64,000 nt of DNA, from NCBI GenBank assembly GCA_965228855.1, contig CBDDIJ010000003.1:480001-544000 (forward strand). Direction: 5' to 3'. The notes under the pieces are model-generated. The model was given only the letters and a program-made list of their open reading frames with translations. It was not told the origin of the DNA and searched no databases. Below are positions 45,967-54,984 of this stretch, piece after piece (position 1 is the first letter of the stretch; each line of letters opens with the position of its first letter). Source of the stretch: Candidatus Obscuribacterales bacterium. Lineage in GTDB: Bacteria > Cyanobacteriota > Vampirovibrionia > Obscuribacterales > Obscuribacteraceae. The translations under genes and the position numbers were made by a program.

Positions 45967-47082
45967 TCACCGGTTCTCAACGATGCGTTTCCATGCCGGG
46001 CCGATTCCCTGGAGACCTTCGCGAATGCGCTCAATCGCTGCCTCGACTTCGAGGCGAACTTCGAATTCGCTATCGTTAATAGCTCGTTCCAAAAACGGTA
46101 GGGCTTCATTAGTGCCGACGTCGAAGAGGAAGCGAGCTGCGCGCCATCGGACCAGCTTATTTGCGTCTTGCAAGGCTTCGCACATCGCTGGTTCCGCCAG
46201 CGGATCGCCGATGTCCGACAGGGCATCGCCTGCGGTGCGGCGAACGCCTACGTGCGGATCTGTTAATACGGCCGTGCAAAGAGCCGGAATTGCGTCGATA
46301 CTACCCGTGGTGCCGAGCGCCGCGGCTGCCAGCCGGCGAACTTGTTGATTCTCATCTTTAAGGGCACGAGCTAGAAGCGGAACGGTTTCCTCAGATGCCT
46401 CAATCTCTTGCACCGCTGCCAGTCTTCGGCTCCAATCTTCATCATCGAGCCAGGCAGTGAGTGTTTCAACCGCAATCTCAGGCTGTTCAGTGCCGCTTGT
46501 TGCAGAATGCTTTGTTTGCTCCAGAGACTCAGTTGTGAACAGTCCCCTCAATTCCTCGGCTACTTCGTTGGCTACTTCGTCCCGACTGCCGTATCGAACA
46601 CCATGGTCAGCCCAGTATCTTTCCTTCAGGAAGTCCGCACCTGTCGAGTCCTGAATCGCCAGCGCCGCTTCATTGAATTGATTGCCCAGGCTAACTCTCG
46701 ATTCACCGTCCGTGGTGACCGCTTTAACTTGAATTGGAACACTTCGGAAGGTTTGAACAAAAACGTGAACTTGTCCTTCCTTTTCAAAAGCCTCTCGAAT
46801 GCCTGTTTCAGGAACCGGTGTAGAACTTGTTCCAGCTTCGAATAGTTGCGTAGCCTGTTCCAGAATCGTCTTCCAGTCCGATCTTGGATCGCGCGTGACC
46901 GTCACAAAGTCATTACAGGCGAAGACGCTTTTGACGCCTGTGATGGCAAGTAATTCTGATATGAACGGCGGGCAATTCGCAACGTCTTCAGCTGTATAAG
47001 TCTTTGTGACCGCCAGCTTCTCGCTGAGGTTCAACTTCATACTGTTAGGGTTCGGAGTGGTCTCTACTGACTTGAGTTGCAT
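45967..47082 (-). CDS. Nfu/NifU N-terminal domain + virulence-factor domain + HEAT repeats (CvfC/YpgR-like)
   Basis: ETTPNPNSMKL, GVKSVF..DFVT, W.D.GVRYG, VRRTAGDALSD and KLVRWRAARFL. Confidence 0.85.
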   Translation of the reverse strand: MQLKSVETTPNPNSMKLNLSEKLAVTKTYTAEDVANCPPFISELLAITGVKSVFACNDFVTVTRDPRSDWKTILEQATQLFEAGTSSTPVPETGIREAFEKEGQVHVFVQTFRSVPIQVKAVTTDGESRVSLGNQFNEAALAIQDSTGADFLKERYWADHGVRYGSRDEVANEVAEELRGLFTTESLEQTKHSATSGTEQPEIAVETLTAWLDDEDWSRRLAAVQEIEASEETVPLLARALKDENQQVRRLAAAALGTTGSIDAIPALCTAVLTDPHVGVRRTAGDALSDIGDPLAEPAMCEALQDANKLVRWRAARFLFDVGTNEALPFLERAINDSEFEVRLEVEAAIERIREGLQGIGPAWKRIVENR

Positions 47083-47173
47083 GCTGTTCCTCAGCCAATA
47101 TTGCTTACCTGAGCCTATCTCACTGTTTCAACACTCACGGCAAGTTCGATTCGCTTGCGCTGCAACTGGCCTG

Positions 47174-48262
47174 CTAGTCGCCTGGCGGCGGTACGTAAGT
47201 GTCTTTCAGTGGATCGACTTGCAATGCCTTGATTGACTTCGTAAATTTCAGAGGGTCGATGTCGGCGCCGGTTTCCATATTGCCCGACAGGCAGTCCGTT
47301 GTCGTAATTTCGGTAACGACCTTCTGGATGCCTGAGCAGATTTGATCTAGCGGCAAGTCATCGCCATCTAGACCGAACGGATCTTCGATGTCTTCAGCGA
47401 TCAGCTCCAAACCTATGAGGAAGTATGATGCAATCAGGACCAGCGGCAAACTGAACCAGATGTCTAGATTCGGACCAACGTACCATGGCAGGATCAATAA
47501 GTTCAACGCAATTCCCTGACGCATGAATGCGCGATATGACACCGCCAGTGGTGTCGACTTGATGCGCTCGCACGCGCCGGAAATATCCATGAACGCTCTC
47601 AAATGTGGGTCAAGAATGAGCATTGTCATTTCATTGATATGACCGCGCTGCTGCCAAAGGCTTACGGTCTCATAGATTCTGAGCGCGACTTGCGAAGGCA
47701 AGTGATATGACTTCGGAATCTGGTCGATGGGTTTTACGCCGGGAAGATTCTTTGTGGGTCTTGAATCACGCAGATGGTGCTTCAATGCGTAGGCGAACGA
47801 AGTGATCTGTTCGCCAATTCTGAGTTTGTCCGCCTGCGGTACGTTGACATAGGATTGCACTTTCAATGCGAGGTTTCTGGAGTCGTTGACCAGTTGTCCC
47901 CACAATCTGCGACCCTCCCACCAACGCTCGTATGCAGAGTTTGTGCGGAATACGAGCAGCAAGCCGAAGACAGCTCCGATAAACGCCGCGTTGGTTGCTT
48001 CTTTCAAGATCTGTTGCGATATGCCATGTTCCGATACCCAGCTCACGAACATGTCATAGACGCCCATCATCGCGATGTAGATCCACAGCCGCCGGAATAC
48101 TGGAATCTTGTGCATTCTCGTGAATGGATGCACGAATATCGACATGGTTTTCTTCATGCCCTTAGCTGTTTCCATGCTGGGCAATGTCATTGTGGCGCGC
48201 GGTGATGACGGCGGCGCTACTGCGGAGACACGCTGAACTTTTTCTTGATGCAGGTCGGACAT
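47174..48262 (-). CDS. Bestrophin-family anion channel
   Basis: LLLVFRTNSAYERWWEGRRLWGQLVN, CERIKSTP and IEDPFG.DGDDLPL. Confidence 0.93.
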   Translation of the reverse strand: MSDLHQEKVQRVSAVAPPSSPRATMTLPSMETAKGMKKTMSIFVHPFTRMHKIPVFRRLWIYIAMMGVYDMFVSWVSEHGISQQILKEATNAAFIGAVFGLLLVFRTNSAYERWWEGRRLWGQLVNDSRNLALKVQSYVNVPQADKLRIGEQITSFAYALKHHLRDSRPTKNLPGVKPIDQIPKSYHLPSQVALRIYETVSLWQQRGHINEMTMLILDPHLRAFMDISGACERIKSTPLAVSYRAFMRQGIALNLLILPWYVGPNLDIWFSLPLVLIASYFLIGLELIAEDIEDPFGLDGDDLPLDQICSGIQKVVTEITTTDCLSGNMETGADIDPLKFTKSIKALQVDPLKDTYVPPPGD

Positions 48263-48574
48263 GACGTTATTTCCGGCTCCGAGTGTGGGCTTGGTGGGGA
48301 TTCCCAGTAGATTAATACTATACCTTTATTGTCAAGCGTCCATATTAGCCCGATTAAACGTTGTTATATGTCGTTATTTAGCAATTGCGAAACTTTGCAG
48401 GCTGCTGACTGGCTGGACGTTTATGAAGGCATCGGGTGCTGTTTCAACGAATCAAGGTCTTTACGCCGAGACCCGGTTCCTTAACATGACGCTTGGACGC
48501 TTGAAGGATAAACGTTTTTGCCGATGGATCTAAACCAATTTTTCAAAGCCAATCGCGACCACCGCGAATTTGGT

Positions 48575-50284
48575 TTACATGTGCTGGAGCTTCTCTTCCA
48601 CTTGCTTCTTACGCGGATCGTTCGGGTCAGCGCATCGCAGGAATTGGTGCAGTTCGTCTTTGGCACCTGTCAAATCGCCGGACTTCTCCAGTGTTTTGCT
48701 CAGAAGAAAGTGAGCGTTCGCATCCTGCGGTGCCAGTTTTGTCGCTTCCAAATAAGCTTTTGTCGCCTGGTTCAAATCGCCGGACAACATCAGAGTGGAA
48801 CCTAGATTCAGTTTCGCCGAAAGGGATTTCGGATCGAGGCTAACTGCTTTCTGGGCGCTCTGTACGGCGTCAGCAATGTTGCCGGATTGCACCTGTGCAA
48901 AACTAAGTTTGTCGAACAAATCAGCAGAGTTTGGATAAAGTGCAATCGCTTCGTTGATTACTTTAACGGCGCCCGCCGTGTCTTTGTCTTTGAGGTGATA
49001 AGTCGCCAGAGCCGTCAGCACAACCTTGTCTTTGGGATTGAGTTGATATGCCCTTTCCAGTTCGGTTTTGCTCTCGGTAATCCGCCCCAGCTGCGCTAGC
49101 ACGCGAGCATAGTTGGTGCGAAAGAGCGCATCATTTGGTTTCTCTTTGATGGCGCGTTGGTAAAGCTCAGCAGCTTTGTCCGGCTGTTTCTGCAGAGAAT
49201 AAATGGCGCCGAGGTCGGCTAAAGCGTCTGCATACGCCGGATCTGTCTCAATCGCTTTTTGATACTGGGCTATCGCTTCATCAACTTTTCCTTGAGTAAC
49301 CAGATCGTTGGCTCTGAAATAATATGACTCCGCAGCAAGGAAGTCGGAGATGTTGACCGGGATGTCGGAGGCTTCTTCGACGGCTTTAGCTCCGATTATC
49401 AAATCTTTGCCCTTCCAATCCGTCTTCAACATGGGTGTTTGCTTGGCTGTGAATTGTTTGCCGGCAGTCTCCTGCTCCGTCTGCGTTCTAGTCTTCTCGA
49501 ACGCCTCCCCAAGTGCGATCAGACCTTCCTTTTCTTTGAGGGCGGCGATCAAATTAGTGGAGAAGATATTGCTCCAGCTCATTTGATCAGGTTCGCATGA
49601 CGTCATCACAATAAAACCGCTGCCCGTTACAAGAGAGTTGCCGCCACCTGCTTTGGCTGGTTTTGCTTTGCCACCGCCGGCGAGGTCAGTGGCGCCACTG
49701 TACGAGGCTTGAACGACAAGTAAAATCCGCTCGGCCTTGACGTTATCCTTGATCGTTTTCATCAGGTCTTGCATCGATATGCAGGTCCCATAGATGTTGT
49801 CGAGCGCGCAGTCGTAAGCGCCGAGATAGGCGCTTCCATCTGTTGTTGGAAAGCTGTTGGTCGAAACGAAGACAACAACCAGGTCGTCAGGGCGCGCTAG
49901 TGAGCCCAGCCACTGAGGTCCAAGGCTGTTCAGAATGGCTTGTTTAGTTGCTTTTGAATTGGTCAATGTCCTGACATGCTTCGAGTCGAACCGACCACCC
50001 TTCGGACTGGTGAGATATTCGCTGAAGGCTTTCGCTGCTGAATCCTCTACCGGATCGTTGGAAACTAGACGCGTCTCTTTGAACTTGGATATTCCGACGC
50101 AAACCGCCCACTTCTGTCGAATGGGGCGGTTTGGTCCAGCTTTATTCGGGTCTAGATCCTGTACCTTGGTGAACTTGACGCCTGGTAGAGCCGGCTGACT
50201 CGTATTATCGGCTGCCATTGCCGGTGGTATCACTGCTAAGCCCAACCCGATGTTTAGTAAGGCAAAGAGTTTTTTCGAGCGCAT
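48575..50284 (-). CDS. Secreted caspase-like (C14 fold, catalytically degenerate) domain + TPR repeats
   Basis: KWAVCVGISKF, LTNSKATK, DDLVVVFVSTNS (His position) and VQASYSG (Cys position), then about 7 TPRs. Confidence 0.8.
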   Translation of the reverse strand: MRSKKLFALLNIGLGLAVIPPAMAADNTSQPALPGVKFTKVQDLDPNKAGPNRPIRQKWAVCVGISKFKETRLVSNDPVEDSAAKAFSEYLTSPKGGRFDSKHVRTLTNSKATKQAILNSLGPQWLGSLARPDDLVVVFVSTNSFPTTDGSAYLGAYDCALDNIYGTCISMQDLMKTIKDNVKAERILLVVQASYSGATDLAGGGKAKPAKAGGGNSLVTGSGFIVMTSCEPDQMSWSNIFSTNLIAALKEKEGLIALGEAFEKTRTQTEQETAGKQFTAKQTPMLKTDWKGKDLIIGAKAVEEASDIPVNISDFLAAESYYFRANDLVTQGKVDEAIAQYQKAIETDPAYADALADLGAIYSLQKQPDKAAELYQRAIKEKPNDALFRTNYARVLAQLGRITESKTELERAYQLNPKDKVVLTALATYHLKDKDTAGAVKVINEAIALYPNSADLFDKLSFAQVQSGNIADAVQSAQKAVSLDPKSLSAKLNLGSTLMLSGDLNQATKAYLEATKLAPQDANAHFLLSKTLEKSGDLTGAKDELHQFLRCADPNDPRKKQVEEKLQHM

Positions 50285-50358
50285 GTGTCGGTTTTACCTT
50301 TTGTTGTGCCGGTACTCGGCAGACCTCTTTAAATTGATTGTTGTGACCCTACGAGCCA

Positions 50359-52158
50359 TTATTGGTGGAGCAACGCTACGTCCACGGCGAGAGTTCCGTC
50401 CGGGTTATCGAAAACCAACTTGACTTGACTGGTACCTCCGCCATGCGAAGCTGTCGCCGATGAACTTGCGACTTCGTCAGGCATGATGATCGGATTGCTT
50501 TCGTCCCACGATAATTGCATGCGGGTTCCGATTAAATCCTTCGCTCCATTCATATCCGGTGAAACATACGCGACTTGAGTTTGATCTCTGGGTTTTAATT
50601 TGTCCAGCGCGATTTCTGTTTTTGAGAACATGATGCGAACTTTTTCTAGACCCGGATGCTCATCAAAGGCGAGCCAATCATCGTACGGCAGCGGGTAGTC
50701 TTGCTGGCTGCGCAGGAAATTCTTCTCGCCTGTTTCCTTGGACGGGAATAGTACCGCGTTGGAACCGGTACTGCCTTGCTGGAGTACGACATAAGCGAAA
50801 CCATCGACTTCTGCCATCACGTGAAAGCGAATCGCGTCACCGGACTGGAAAGTGGTTTTGTTGTTGCATCGATAGATTTTGCCTTTTCGTTTCAACTCTA
50901 TCCAGTAAGATAGCGCGGTTTCACGTGACGATCGGGCGGTGCTTGTGACAGGCTTCGTTTCTGCCGGCTTCGAAGCAATCACGGTAGCGCCCGTGGTGCT
51001 GGTCGAACTGCCACCTCCGGAAGATGTGCCACTGCCTGTGGTTGTCGCTGTCGATTCTGCAGTGATGGTGGCAGCGGCACTTGATGATGCTGCTGCTGTC
51101 TGCTGAGAACCACTGTCGACTGGCTTTTCGTGCTGCTCTTTCTTCTTCGCGACTGTTGCGGAACCCAGTGGAGAGATGTTGTTGGAAATCCATCTGCTCA
51201 CAAATTTCAAATCTTCGTTGTTAAACTGCCCATCTTCGAAAATTAGATGCTCCGCCGTTTTGCTCAACACGATTTCGCGATGCGGCGTAGCCAGGCTTCC
51301 GAAAAGCTTGTAGGTGCCTGCCGGTCTTACGAGCTTGTCATTGCTTCCCTGAATGAATAAAACTTTCGTGTTCTTGATTCTTGGCGCCATCTCAAATGTG
51401 CTGTTCATGAAGTTCTTGAACGCGATCAGTTCGTTCGGTGTCACTTCAGTTCGCGAGAGAGGGTCATTGAGCCAAGTCTGACGAAGTGATTCTTTCTTCG
51501 TCGCGCGCCCGACGATCGCCGGACCGACGTTGAGCGGTGCGTCGAAGCCGTGAAGCAGGACGTGTTTGACCACGCCCATCTCAGAGTTCGACTTGTCATA
51601 TCGATCACCCGCCGGCACCGAGGATATAAGTCCGGAAACCATTTCCGGATACATCTCTGCCGCCTTCATTGCGATCGCTCCACCCATCGATTCGCCGAGA
51701 ACGATAATCTTTAGATCCGGATGCAAACGCCGAATTTCGTTCAGTGCTAAACCGACGTCGGTCATGGTGCCGTCAAAGTCGATTTTGTTTCTGCCCTTGC
51801 GAACCCAGGCGCCAAAACCGCGAACGTCAATCGCGTAAGTGGCTATGCCCTGCTTCGCCATCTCGTTGGCGAACGCATCATAGGTTCCTTTGTGCAGACC
51901 AAAACCGTGAATGCATAGCATTGCCGCCTTCGGTTGCATTTTGTCGACCCAGACCATGCATGGAATTTTTTCCGGGGTCTGAGGAGCGGCGCTCATGGTC
52001 TTGGCGCCATCGATATCCGCAGGATCCAGCGTAATTTCAGAAGCAACGCTGTTCTCGACGACGCGCTTGGCGCTTGCGTCAACGGCGGAACTCGCCACAA
52101 GGGCTGCTACCAGACCAGCTAGAACAGCGGCTCTTTTGCCGCCTTCGAACTTTTTCAT
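50359..52158 (-). CDS. Secreted alpha/beta hydrolase (lysophospholipase-like) with C-terminal DUF4384-like domain
   Basis: CIHGFG, DVRGFG, nucleophile elbow GESMGG, GSNDKLV and AEH; S/T-rich linker; FQSGDAIRF..DGFAYVV.QGSTG...LFPS..PGLE. Confidence 0.85.
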   Translation of the reverse strand: MKKFEGGKRAAVLAGLVAALVASSAVDASAKRVVENSVASEITLDPADIDGAKTMSAAPQTPEKIPCMVWVDKMQPKAAMLCIHGFGLHKGTYDAFANEMAKQGIATYAIDVRGFGAWVRKGRNKIDFDGTMTDVGLALNEIRRLHPDLKIIVLGESMGGAIAMKAAEMYPEMVSGLISSVPAGDRYDKSNSEMGVVKHVLLHGFDAPLNVGPAIVGRATKKESLRQTWLNDPLSRTEVTPNELIAFKNFMNSTFEMAPRIKNTKVLFIQGSNDKLVRPAGTYKLFGSLATPHREIVLSKTAEHLIFEDGQFNNEDLKFVSRWISNNISPLGSATVAKKKEQHEKPVDSGSQQTAAASSSAAATITAESTATTTGSGTSSGGGSSTSTTGATVIASKPAETKPVTSTARSSRETALSYWIELKRKGKIYRCNNKTTFQSGDAIRFHVMAEVDGFAYVVLQQGSTGSNAVLFPSKETGEKNFLRSQQDYPLPYDDWLAFDEHPGLEKVRIMFSKTEIALDKLKPRDQTQVAYVSPDMNGAKDLIGTRMQLSWDESNPIIMPDEVASSSATASHGGGTSQVKLVFDNPDGTLAVDVALLHQ

Positions 52159-52247
52159 TCCTTTTGACCTCACAGAAGACAACCTCCCGGTTGCTCGATA
52201 GTTTAAGTAGGATACTGTCCGCGTGTGAAAAATTAGGAGAGGATTCG

Positions 52248-54308
52248 TTAATCAACTACTTCCGGCTCTACGGCATCCCCGTCGCCTGCGCCCTTTTCCC
52301 CTTTAGTGCTCTTCGCTTCGGATGTTTCCTTTTTCTCATTTTCGTCGGCGTCAGATTTGACGTCGCTGCCGTTAGAACCGTTTTCGTCGTTCGCGTCGCC
52401 TGCGCTATCGCCGGCATCATCCGCATTTTCCCCTGACTCATCGGTGCCTTCGGCTGAGCTCTCGTTGTCAGCCTTCTCGTCGCTAGCCGCTGCGGCCTTT
52501 TGCTTTGCCTCACTTACTTCCTGACCAATTATGACGAAGAGACCCCGCAGGTCATTCATTGTGTTCTTAATTGTCTCTTCGGAAGCTTCTGCAAGCAGTT
52601 CCGCCCGTAGTTTGTTTATAACGTCTCTAACGCGATCCTTCGTGGCTTGCGTGACTTCGGCATCGTTGTCTTTGATTTCTCTTTCTATTGAATAGATAAT
52701 CGAGTCAGCCTCATTGCGAAGCTCTACAAGCGCTTTTCTGTCCTTGTCTTCGCCAGCGTGTGCTTCTGCTTCACGCACCATCTTGTCGATATCTTCTTTA
52801 GTCAGGTTTGTGCTGGCAGTGATTTTGATCTTCTGTTCTTTCCCGGTATTCAGGTCTTTGGCCGTGACGTTCAAAATACCGTTGGCGTCGATGTCGAAGG
52901 AAACCTCGATGCGTGGTACTCCCCGTGGTGCTGGCTGGATTCCATCCAGGCGGAAATTGCCGAGGGATTTGTTATCCTTCGCCATCGCACGTTCACCCTG
53001 ATATACATAGATGTCGACGGCGTTTTGATTGTCTTCTGCCGTTGAGCACATCTGGGTTTTATGAGTTGGAATGGTTGTGTTCCGCTCGACCAGTTTTGCA
53101 AAGACACCGCCCATGGTTTCAATACCCAGGGATAGGGGTGTGACGTCGAGGAGGACGAGGTCGGTGACTTCGCCGGCAAGAACGCCAGCCTGAAGCGCCG
53201 CTCCAACTGCCACAACTTCGTCAGGATTGACGCTCTGGTTAGGTTCTTTCCCACCGGTCAGCGATTTCACAAGTTCTTTGATTGCGGGAATTCTTGTAGA
53301 GCCGCCTACCAAAACGATCTCGTCCAGGTCTTTGAATTCGAGTTTTGCGTCCTTGATTGCCTGTTCTACCGGTCCTTTGCAGCGTTGTACAAGCGAGCGA
53401 GTCAAATCATCAAACTTCGCGCGAGACAGGCGCATGTCTAGGTGTTTCGGTCCGCTTTCGTCGGCTGTAATAAACGGCAAGTTGACGGTGGTTTCAGTAA
53501 CGGAAGAAAGTTCAATTTTGGCCTTCTCCGCCGCTTCGGTGAGCCTTTGCAACGCCTGCGGATCTTTTCTCAAGTCTATAGTGTCTGATTTGACGAATTC
53601 GTCCGCCATCCAGTCGACGATGGCATGGTCGAAGTCATCGCCGCCCAGGTGTGTGTCGCCGGCAGTGGAGCGAACCTCGATCAGGCCTTCCGACACTTCT
53701 AGAACCGAAACGTCGAATGTGCCACCGCCGAGGTCGAAGACGAGGATAGTTTCTTCAATACCCTTCTTCTCGATGCCGTACGCCAGCGCTGCGGCGGTGG
53801 GCTCATTGATGATTCGCAGTACGTCCAGCCCGGCGATGGTTCCTGCGTTTTTCGTGGATTGACGCTGGGAGTCGTTAAAGTAAGCAGGCACGGTTATAAC
53901 TGCGCTATCAACCGACTCGCCAAGGTACTTCTCGGCATCTTCTTTGAGTTTGCGGAGTACCATGGCCGAGATTTCTTCCGGCGAATAATCTTTTCCTTTG
54001 ATTGCGACGCGGCACCCGCCGTCGGGCGCTTCTTTGACTTTATAGGAAACGATACGCAGCTCTTCAGCAACTTCATCGTAGCGACGACCGACAAATCGTT
54101 TGATAGAGTAAATTGTGTTTTGCGGGTTGACGACCGCTTGTCTGCGGGCTAACAGACCGACGAGCCTTTCACCTGTTTTGTTAAACGCCACCACGGACGG
54201 TGTGGTGCGTCCCCCTTCCGCGTTGGGAATGACTGTTGCCCGTCCGCCTTCCATTACGGCGACAACGGAGTTGGTAGTGCCAAGATCAATGCCAACGGTT
54301 TTACCCAT
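52248..54308 (-). CDS. dnaK: Chaperone DnaK (Hsp70) with acidic C-terminal tail
   Basis: [50 protein letters not shown] and [17 protein letters not shown] before ATG 54308. Confidence 0.97.
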   Translation of the reverse strand: MGKTVGIDLGTTNSVVAVMEGGRATVIPNAEGGRTTPSVVAFNKTGERLVGLLARRQAVVNPQNTIYSIKRFVGRRYDEVAEELRIVSYKVKEAPDGGCRVAIKGKDYSPEEISAMVLRKLKEDAEKYLGESVDSAVITVPAYFNDSQRQSTKNAGTIAGLDVLRIINEPTAAALAYGIEKKGIEETILVFDLGGGTFDVSVLEVSEGLIEVRSTAGDTHLGGDDFDHAIVDWMADEFVKSDTIDLRKDPQALQRLTEAAEKAKIELSSVTETTVNLPFITADESGPKHLDMRLSRAKFDDLTRSLVQRCKGPVEQAIKDAKLEFKDLDEIVLVGGSTRIPAIKELVKSLTGGKEPNQSVNPDEVVAVGAALQAGVLAGEVTDLVLLDVTPLSLGIETMGGVFAKLVERNTTIPTHKTQMCSTAEDNQNAVDIYVYQGERAMAKDNKSLGNFRLDGIQPAPRGVPRIEVSFDIDANGILNVTAKDLNTGKEQKIKITASTNLTKEDIDKMVREAEAHAGEDKDRKALVELRNEADSIIYSIEREIKDNDAEVTQATKDRVRDVINKLRAELLAEASEETIKNTMNDLRGLFVIIGQEVSEAKQKAAAASDEKADNESSAEGTDESGENADDAGDSAGDANDENGSNGSDVKSDADENEKKETSEAKSTKGEKGAGDGDAVEPEVVD

Positions 54309-54548
54309 GTTTTCTCCCCGACTGCTTACTGACAAGCGGTTTTGCGGTCTATAACGTAGTGTCGCATTGTATCAGAAGCTACTTTTCCGATCCCGAATCA
54401 TAGCTTTCTCCTTATGTATGGAAATTGAAATATGGGGAATGATATATGTGGTGTAGAAGCTCGGGTCTGAAGATACGGATATTTGAGATAGAGAATTTTT
54501 TGTTCAAACACCTTTACTAACGAATCGATTTTTGGAGGATGCCGGCTC

Positions 54549-54944
54549 ATGAGTTACGGCGGAAACGATCCCGAAGGCAATCAAGAATTTGAACGGCAGG
54601 AGCTTGTGGATATGGTTCATGAGCATCGCGGTGTGACACCGGGGCAGGAACCGGAGCAGCAGACACCGCGCCGACCGACTCGCATAACGCATCACGAGAT
54701 TAAGGCGATGAAGGTCACAGTGCGTAAGGAGTCCTCTCCCGTAGTCGGATTGTTCCGGCAGGTGGGCGGATTCTTCAACGGCATCCTGCAGGCTATTGGC
54801 GGGCTATTCAGCGGACGATCGGCGCGGGTGAACCCGTGCGAGGTTAACGGGCACGTCTTTCCAAAGGCCTGGAAGGGTGATTTCCCCCGCTGTGTGCACT
54901 GCAGGACGGTCATAAAGAGTCCTGGTGAGATCAAACCAAAATAG
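54549..54944 (+). CDS. Hypothetical protein with a C-terminal C..H..CxxC putative Zn site
   Basis: GGAGG RBS; PCEVNGH...RCVHC. Confidence 0.6.
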   Translation: MSYGGNDPEGNQEFERQELVDMVHEHRGVTPGQEPEQQTPRRPTRITHHEIKAMKVTVRKESSPVVGLFRQVGGFFNGILQAIGGLFSGRSARVNPCEVNGHVFPKAWKGDFPRCVHCRTVIKSPGEIKPK

Positions 54945-54984
54945 TGCTTGACCGAGCGTTTTTGAGAAGATACCATACATATTT

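Noticed and set aside
10927..51678. GCGATCGC (cyanobacterial HIP1) at 10927, 18548, 19776, 32312, 41101 and 51671
   Set aside because: Six copies spotted in 64 kb is far below typical HIP1 densities, and the sequence is generally rich in CGA/TCG. A Markov-corrected count would be needed before claiming enrichment.
53227..53862. 211-aa plus-strand ORF and similar long overlapping ORFs (e.g. 14073-14615, 7577-8167, 59360-59929)
   Set aside because: Antisense shadows of well-supported genes (dnaK and others), with no independent motifs.
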